A program made the position numbers and the translations under genes. From NCBI GenBank assembly GCA_963718665.1, contig OY970359.1, positions 448,001-512,000 of the forward strand: a DNA stretch of 64,000 nucleotides, read 5' to 3'. The DNA comes from an uncultured Phycisphaerales bacterium (GTDB taxonomy: Bacteria > Planctomycetota > Phycisphaerae > Sedimentisphaerales > Anaerobacaceae). The first letter of the stretch is position 1. Each line of letters begins with the position of its first letter. The notes beneath the pieces are model-generated. The model did not search any database, had not been told where the DNA came from, and saw only the letters and a list, made by a program, of their open reading frames with translations. Shown here piece after piece: positions 58,825 through 64,000 of this stretch.

Positions 58825-60465
58825 ATGACTTTGAAATTATATAACAGCTTAACGCGGCGATTAGAGGATTTTAAGCCGGTGAAGGAAGGCAGGGTCGGGA
58901 TATATGTTTGCGGGCCGACGGTTTATGGGCACGCGCATCTTGGCCACGCGAAAAGCTACGTTAGCTTCGATATTCTCGTCCGCTATATGCGATACCTCGG
59001 CTACAACGTAACATACGTTCAGAATATTACAGACGTGGGTCACCTTACCGATGATGCGGACCAGGGCGAGGACAAAATCGCAAAGGCAGCGGCGAAGGTC
59101 CATAAGCACCCGATGGAACTGGCAGAGATGTACACGCGCAGTTTCTTCGAGGATATGGACAAGCTCAACTGTGTCCGGCCCGATATAAGCCCGCGGGCAA
59201 GCGGCCATATCGTCGAGCAAATCGAATTAGTAAAGACGCTTATCGAGAAAGGTTACGCATACGAGGCAAACGGGTCGGTTTATTTCGATGTTTCCAAATT
59301 CACTGATTACGGCAAACTTTCGGGCAGGAACGTCGAGGATATGATTGCGGGGGCACGGGTGGAGATTTCGCAGGAAAAGAGAAACCCTGCGGATTTCGCG
59401 CTCTGGAAAAAGGCGGAGGCGAATCATATTATGCAATGGCCAAGCCCGTGGGGACAGGGATTCCCCGGCTGGCACCTTGAGTGTTCGGTGATGAGCACAA
59501 AATACTTAGGGCAACCCTTCGATATTCACGGGGGCGGGCTGGAAAACCAGTTCCCGCACCACGAATGTGAAATAGCGCAGGCGGAGGCGGCAACGGGGAA
59601 GCAATTCGTCAATTACTGGCTGCATAATAATATGGTGACGGTCGATGGCCAGAAGATGGGTAAGAGTTTGGGCAACTTTATTACGCTAAAGCAGGTTTTT
59701 ACGGATTACACCGATGTAGAAAAGCACGAGAGATTAAGCAAAAAATATGACCCTATGGCAGTAAGAATGTTAGTCCTCAATAGCCATTATCGTCATCCTA
59801 TAGATTTTTCCGATGACGCTTTAATTGCTGCTCAGAGTGGATACGATAAACTAACGGATGCGGTCATCGCAGTAAGAAAGCAAATTAAAAACGCACCAAA
59901 CGGATCTGTTGATAATAATGTTGCGAACCGCCTGAAAGAATTGAAAGATAAATTCGAGTCGGCAATGAACGACGACCTCAATACTTCGATTGCATTGTCG
60001 GTGATGTTTGAGTTGGCGGGTTTGTCTAGTGAAATGCTTAAGGATAGTAATCCTGTAACACCTTTTAAAGATCTATATAAAACATTACGCGCTGCCTACA
60101 AAAAAGTAACATTAGAAACGCTTACAGCAATTGATAATCTGTTTACGAAACTCGGCGGCGACGTATTAGGTATTGTGACAAAATCAATGGAGAAAACAAC
60201 GTCATCCACATTTGTTGATATGAAAGACGATATTCTTGATAAGTACAAAATATTTGTTGAATGGAGAAAATTAGCAAGAGACAAAAAAGATTTTGCCACT
60301 GCGGACACTATCAGAAATTACTTAAAGACTTCTGGATTAGATATACAAGATACATTACAAGATAGTTTCTTAAAATATCTTGAAGATTATTCATACCACA
60401 AAGAGGACGCAGAAAACTACATGCTATTTTTAACCAAAGAATTAAAGAAAATTTACGAAAAATGA
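58825..60465 (+). CDS. cysS: Cysteine--tRNA ligase
   Basis: YVCGPTVY, HLGH, DFALWK, GFPGWHLECS, DIHGGG, KMGKSLGN; extended AT-rich C-terminus. Confidence 0.97.
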   Translation: MTLKLYNSLTRRLEDFKPVKEGRVGIYVCGPTVYGHAHLGHAKSYVSFDILVRYMRYLGYNVTYVQNITDVGHLTDDADQGEDKIAKAAAKVHKHPMELAEMYTRSFFEDMDKLNCVRPDISPRASGHIVEQIELVKTLIEKGYAYEANGSVYFDVSKFTDYGKLSGRNVEDMIAGARVEISQEKRNPADFALWKKAEANHIMQWPSPWGQGFPGWHLECSVMSTKYLGQPFDIHGGGLENQFPHHECEIAQAEAATGKQFVNYWLHNNMVTVDGQKMGKSLGNFITLKQVFTDYTDVEKHERLSKKYDPMAVRMLVLNSHYRHPIDFSDDALIAAQSGYDKLTDAVIAVRKQIKNAPNGSVDNNVANRLKELKDKFESAMNDDLNTSIALSVMFELAGLSSEMLKDSNPVTPFKDLYKTLRAAYKKVTLETLTAIDNLFTKLGGDVLGIVTKSMEKTTSSTFVDMKDDILDKYKIFVEWRKLARDKKDFATADTIRNYLKTSGLDIQDTLQDSFLKYLEDYSYHKEDAENYMLFLTKELKKIYEK

Positions 60466-60962
60466 AGATACTTGGTATAGACCCGGGATTGCAGGTTTGC
60501 GGGTATGCGTGTATTGAGTCAAAATCAGGCGAAACAACCCTGCTTGAAGGCGGGGTGATTCACACAACGGCCAGCAAGGCAGTTGAAAAGAGATTAAATC
60601 AGATAGCAGAAGATATTGACTCGATACTGGACAAGTTCAAGCCCGATGTCGTTGGGGTGGAGCAGTTGTATTCGCATTATGCACATCCGCGAACAGCGAT
60701 ATTGATGGGGCACGCAAGAGGGGTTATATTGCAGAGATGTGCCGAGGCGGGCGTTGAGGTTAAGAGCTTCGGCGCGACGCGGATAAAGAAATGTATTACC
60801 GGTAACGGGCACGCGTCGAAAGAGCAGATGCAGAGGACAATCAAGACGCTTCTGGGATTGTCGGCTGTGCCTGAGCCGAATGACGTGGCGGACGCGATAG
60901 CGGCGGCGATGTGCTGTGCAGAAATGATGAGAAAAACTGGATTCCCGCTTCCGCGGGAATGA
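60462..60962 (+). CDS. ruvC: Holliday junction resolvase RuvC
   Basis: ILGIDPG, VEQLY, HARGV, TGNGHASKEQM, DVADAIAAA. Confidence 0.96.
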   Translation: MKILGIDPGLQVCGYACIESKSGETTLLEGGVIHTTASKAVEKRLNQIAEDIDSILDKFKPDVVGVEQLYSHYAHPRTAILMGHARGVILQRCAEAGVEVKSFGATRIKKCITGNGHASKEQMQRTIKTLLGLSAVPEPNDVADAIAAAMCCAEMMRKTGFPLPRE

Positions 60963-61643
60963 CAACTAAAACATTAAATTATGATAGCACGACTCGAAGG
61001 AAAACTTGTTAAGCTGGATACCGAAAGCGCATTAGTACAGGTGGGCGCGGTTGGGTATGAGGTTTTGCTGCCGGGGTATTGCATAAGTGCGTTAGCGGGC
61101 AGCATCGGCTCAAATATCACACTTTGCACGATGGAATACTATGAAGGAACATTGGGCGGCGGGAACCTTATCCCCAGGATAGTCGGATTTTTAAGCGACG
61201 GCGAAAGAGAATTTTTTCACAAGTTCACCAGCGTCAAAGGCATCGGCGTGCGAAAGGCGCTGAGGTCGCTGACAATACCGATTGCCAGTATCGCATCGGC
61301 GATTGAAAACGGGGATGACAAGACACTGACCGCGCTTGACGGCGTGGGTAAAAGAACAGCGCAGCAGATTATCGCGGAACTTAAAGGCAAATTAGGCAGA
61401 TTCGCAATCGGGGTCGGGCCAACTGGTGTGGCTGCTCCTGCTTTCAAACCATACCAGGCAGAGACGCTTGAGATTTTGATTGCCTGGGGTGAGAAGCGAA
61501 ATGAGGCAATGGAGCTGATTGAGCTTGCGTGCAAGAAACATCCGGATATAAAAAACGCGGAAGAGTTAGTACCGCTGGTGTATAGAATGAAACAAGGAAT
61601 TGAAGTATAAGGACTGGATTCCTGCTTTCGCAGGAATGACAAC
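60937..61643. repeat. Two dRS3-like palindromes (ATTCC-N10-GGAAT core) after ruvC and ruvA
   Basis: CTGGATTCCCGCTTCCGCGGGAATGACAAC (60937-60966) and ACTGGATTCCTGCTTTCGCAGGAATGACAAC (61613-61643). Confidence 0.8.
60981..61610 (+). CDS. ruvA: Holliday junction branch migration protein RuvA
   Basis: MIARLEG, VGYEV, SVKGIG, GVGKRTAQQIIAELK; between ruvC and ruvB. Confidence 0.95.
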   Translation: MIARLEGKLVKLDTESALVQVGAVGYEVLLPGYCISALAGSIGSNITLCTMEYYEGTLGGGNLIPRIVGFLSDGEREFFHKFTSVKGIGVRKALRSLTIPIASIASAIENGDDKTLTALDGVGKRTAQQIIAELKGKLGRFAIGVGPTGVAAPAFKPYQAETLEILIAWGEKRNEAMELIELACKKHPDIKNAEELVPLVYRMKQGIEV

Positions 61644-61675
61644 GAGAGACGAGTAACAGGCCACGAGCGACGAAA

Positions 61676-62728
61676 ATGGCGATAGACAGGGTCATAACGA
61701 GCGATTCGAGAAATGAAGCGGAGGAGAATTTCAACGTTTCGCTTCGGCCAAAGCAGTTGCGCGAGTGCATCGGGCAACAAAAGGTAATCGACAAGCTCAA
61801 AATAGCGATTGAGGCGGCGAAAAAGAGAAATGAGCCGTTGGAGCATATCCTGTTTTATGGCCCGCCCGGATTGGGCAAAACGACATTAGCCAACGTGGTT
61901 GCCAACGAAATGGACGCCAACATAAGGTGCACATCGGGACCTGCACTGACAAAACAGGGCGACCTGATGGGGCTTTTGAGCAATATCAACACGGGCGATA
62001 CGCTTTTCATCGACGAGATTCACCGGCTGAGCACGCCTGTTGAAGAATTTTTGTACCCTGCAATGGAGGAATTCAGGGTTGATTTCACGGTGGATAGCGG
62101 ACTGCACGCAAAGACGATAAATTTCCCGCTGAAACGATTTACGCTAATCGGCGCAACGACACGGGCGGGACTGCTGAGCGCACCGCTGCGAAGTCGATTC
62201 GGGATGCTGTATCATCTCGAATTTTACAATACGGCGGATTTGACTTTGATTCTCAAACGCTCAGCAAAACTGCTGCAATTAAATTGCGATGAAGGGACAC
62301 TGAACCTGATTGCGACACGGTCGCGCGGCACGCCGAGAATCGCGAATCGGCTGTTAAAACGCGTGCGCGATTACGCACAGGTAAAGGGACAGGGCAAACT
62401 GACAACCGCGATTGTCGAAAGCTCGTTGAAGATGGAGCAGATTGACGAACTTGGTCTCGACGAATTAGACAGGTCATTTTTGCGGGCTTTGGCGGGGGTA
62501 TATGAGGGTGGGCCTGCGGGTATAGAAGCCATCGCGGCGACGCTGGGTGAGGAACGAGACACGCTGGAAGACGTGGTTGAGCCATATTTGCTGCAAATCG
62601 GATTTGTCCGCAGGACGAAAAGAGGCAGAGAGATAACAAACGAGGCGTGCAGGCATCTTGGTTTGAAATACAACAAGAAGCCAACTGCCAACGATGAGCC
62701 GGAACTGTTCGACTCCGGCCAGCAGTAA
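61676..62728 (+). CDS. ruvB: Holliday junction branch migration helicase RuvB
   Basis: SLRP, GPPGLGKTT, FIDEIHRL, GATTRAG, SRGTPRIANRLL. Confidence 0.98.
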   Translation: MAIDRVITSDSRNEAEENFNVSLRPKQLRECIGQQKVIDKLKIAIEAAKKRNEPLEHILFYGPPGLGKTTLANVVANEMDANIRCTSGPALTKQGDLMGLLSNINTGDTLFIDEIHRLSTPVEEFLYPAMEEFRVDFTVDSGLHAKTINFPLKRFTLIGATTRAGLLSAPLRSRFGMLYHLEFYNTADLTLILKRSAKLLQLNCDEGTLNLIATRSRGTPRIANRLLKRVRDYAQVKGQGKLTTAIVESSLKMEQIDELGLDELDRSFLRALAGVYEGGPAGIEAIAATLGEERDTLEDVVEPYLLQIGFVRRTKRGREITNEACRHLGLKYNKKPTANDEPELFDSGQQ

Positions 62729-62730
62729 AC

Positions 62731-64000
62731 TCAGCTTATAGAATAGGAAATTTTAATCTGAATCACCCTGCGAGTATCTTTGGTTACCTTTGCCCGTTCG
62801 CTTATCCTGACGGGGCAAAGCCAGATTATTTTTCCGCTGTCAACGACAACGAGTAATCGCCTCCGCAACGATTGAGATATCTTCACAGCGGTTAAAAACT
62901 TGCCAACTCTTTTTTCGCCTGCCAAACCTAAAGGCCAGAATTTATCGCCACGTTTTCTCAGGCGAACTTCCAGCGGCAGTTTCAATTTTTTAAAATCGAA
63001 CCATTCAACAAGATTCGTTTTGGTCTTCTTGAAGCCGGCCAGGTCTTTCTGTTCGATTTCGATAATATCCGCGTTGATTGTATAGGGGCCGAATTGCGTC
63101 GCTCCGGGCACTTTTAACGCAACAGGTTCTGCCGTAATTAATTGGGCCGGTTTAGTTTTCAGATGTTTCTCAAAAACGATTTTGCCCCCCTGCCGGCTCA
63201 CTGTTATGCGATTCGGAAGCTGCAAGCGTCCATCATCCGGTAATCGTAATATGCTTGTGTAATGCCGTTCTGTAACGTCCTGCTCACCTGTGCCAAGATG
63301 CATCAACACCCTGCGGATAATCTCAATTTTGATTTCAGCGGGCCGATTGGCAATTTTGCCGGAATCTACAACAATTTCGTTCTCATTTACACTGGTGATA
63401 TCGGGCCAAATCATATCAGTTGTTCGGCAAATCATAAGATAAAACCCGCGAGACACTTTTGACAGAACAGCAAGGTTTTCGACTATATCGCCTGTGGAAT
63501 TTTCCTGCAAAGCGGGGAGCAGGCGATAACGGATGAAATTACGCCTGTATGCAAAATCAGTATTAGTCCTGTCGGTGCACCAATTCAAATTGCGGCTGTT
63601 GAGGTATTGAATAATCTCATTGTGAGTGGCGCAAAGCAAAGGCCTTATGAATGTGATTCCGTCGGTAAACTTTTTCGCGGGCCAGATTCCGCATAGTCCG
63701 CGGAGACCAGTTCCGCGAACCAGGCGGTCGATAACTGTTTCGGCGTTGTCGCTTTTATGATGAGCGGTGGCGATACAGGAACAATTTTGCGATTTGGCAA
63801 TATCGACCAGATTCCGGATTCGCAGATTTCTCGCGGCCGTCTCGATTGAGAGTTTCATTTTTTTCGCGTAATCACGCACGTCGATTTTCTTAGTGATGAC
63901 GGGGACTTTGAGTTTTTGGCACTGCTCAATCACAAAATCTTCGTCTCTTTGCGCCTCGTCACCTCTCAACTGATGGTTGATATGTGCGCAGCAGATACCG
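62731..64000 (-). CDS. tilS: tRNA(Ile)-lysidine synthetase (5' end beyond window)
   Basis: HINHQLRG, ETAARNLR, TAHHKSDNAET, RGTG, IRPLL, DRTN, RNFIR. Confidence 0.95.
   Translation of the reverse strand, partial: GICCAHINHQLRGDEAQRDEDFVIEQCQKLKVPVITKKIDVRDYAKKMKLSIETAARNLRIRNLVDIAKSQNCSCIATAHHKSDNAETVIDRLVRGTGLRGLCGIWPAKKFTDGITFIRPLLCATHNEIIQYLNSRNLNWCTDRTNTDFAYRRNFIRYRLLPALQENSTGDIVENLAVLSKVSRGFYLMICRTTDMIWPDITSVNENEIVVDSGKIANRPAEIKIEIIRRVLMHLGTGEQDVTERHYTSILRLPDDGRLQLPNRITVSRQGGKIVFEKHLKTKPAQLITAEPVALKVPGATQFGPYTINADIIEIEQKDLAGFKKTKTNLVEWFDFKKLKLPLEVRLRKRGDKFWPLGLAGEKRVGKFLTAVKISQSLRRRLLVVVDSGKIIWLCPVRISERAKVTKDTRRVIQIKISYSIS

Noticed and set aside
5174..63462. Numerous antisense or alternate-frame ORFs overlapping the housekeeping genes
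   Set aside because: Expected shadow ORFs of moderately GC-rich coding DNA; none shows a recognisable motif.

Overview
Chromosomal segment from a bacterium, most likely Planctomycetota class Phycisphaerae (inferred from FTLVE/H-X9-DG prepilin-like genes, GLUG and PEP-CTERM proteins, and a dnaA unlinked to dnaN). The backbone is housekeeping: mtnA, uvrA, deoC, dnaA, pnp, rpsO, tsaE, thiL, argH, yacG, xerC, kdsA, leuS, priA, gpsA, hisC, hisB, ispF, cysS, ruvCAB, tilS, tRNA-Pro(CGG) and tRNA-Val(GAC). Accessory content is two AT-rich islands (about 2.1-5.1 kb with SEC-C proteins; about 50.1-52.6 kb with an interrupted PD-(D/E)xK nuclease), one frameshift-type IS5-like element, and two free-standing HNH-AP2 endonuclease genes. 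The most notable signal is that both HNH-AP2 genes, 53 kb apart and on opposite strands, sit behind homologous non-coding leaders whose hairpins differ in sequence but keep pairing and linker sequences, suggesting an HNH-AP2 plus structured-RNA mobile unit. The window also has many small REP-like hairpins and 7-/9-mer tandem tracts that nest inside each other and insert in frame into housekeeping genes. Three single-base frameshifts (SEC-C gene, deoC, argH) look like assembly errors. All calls are by-eye motif recognition; no searches were run.
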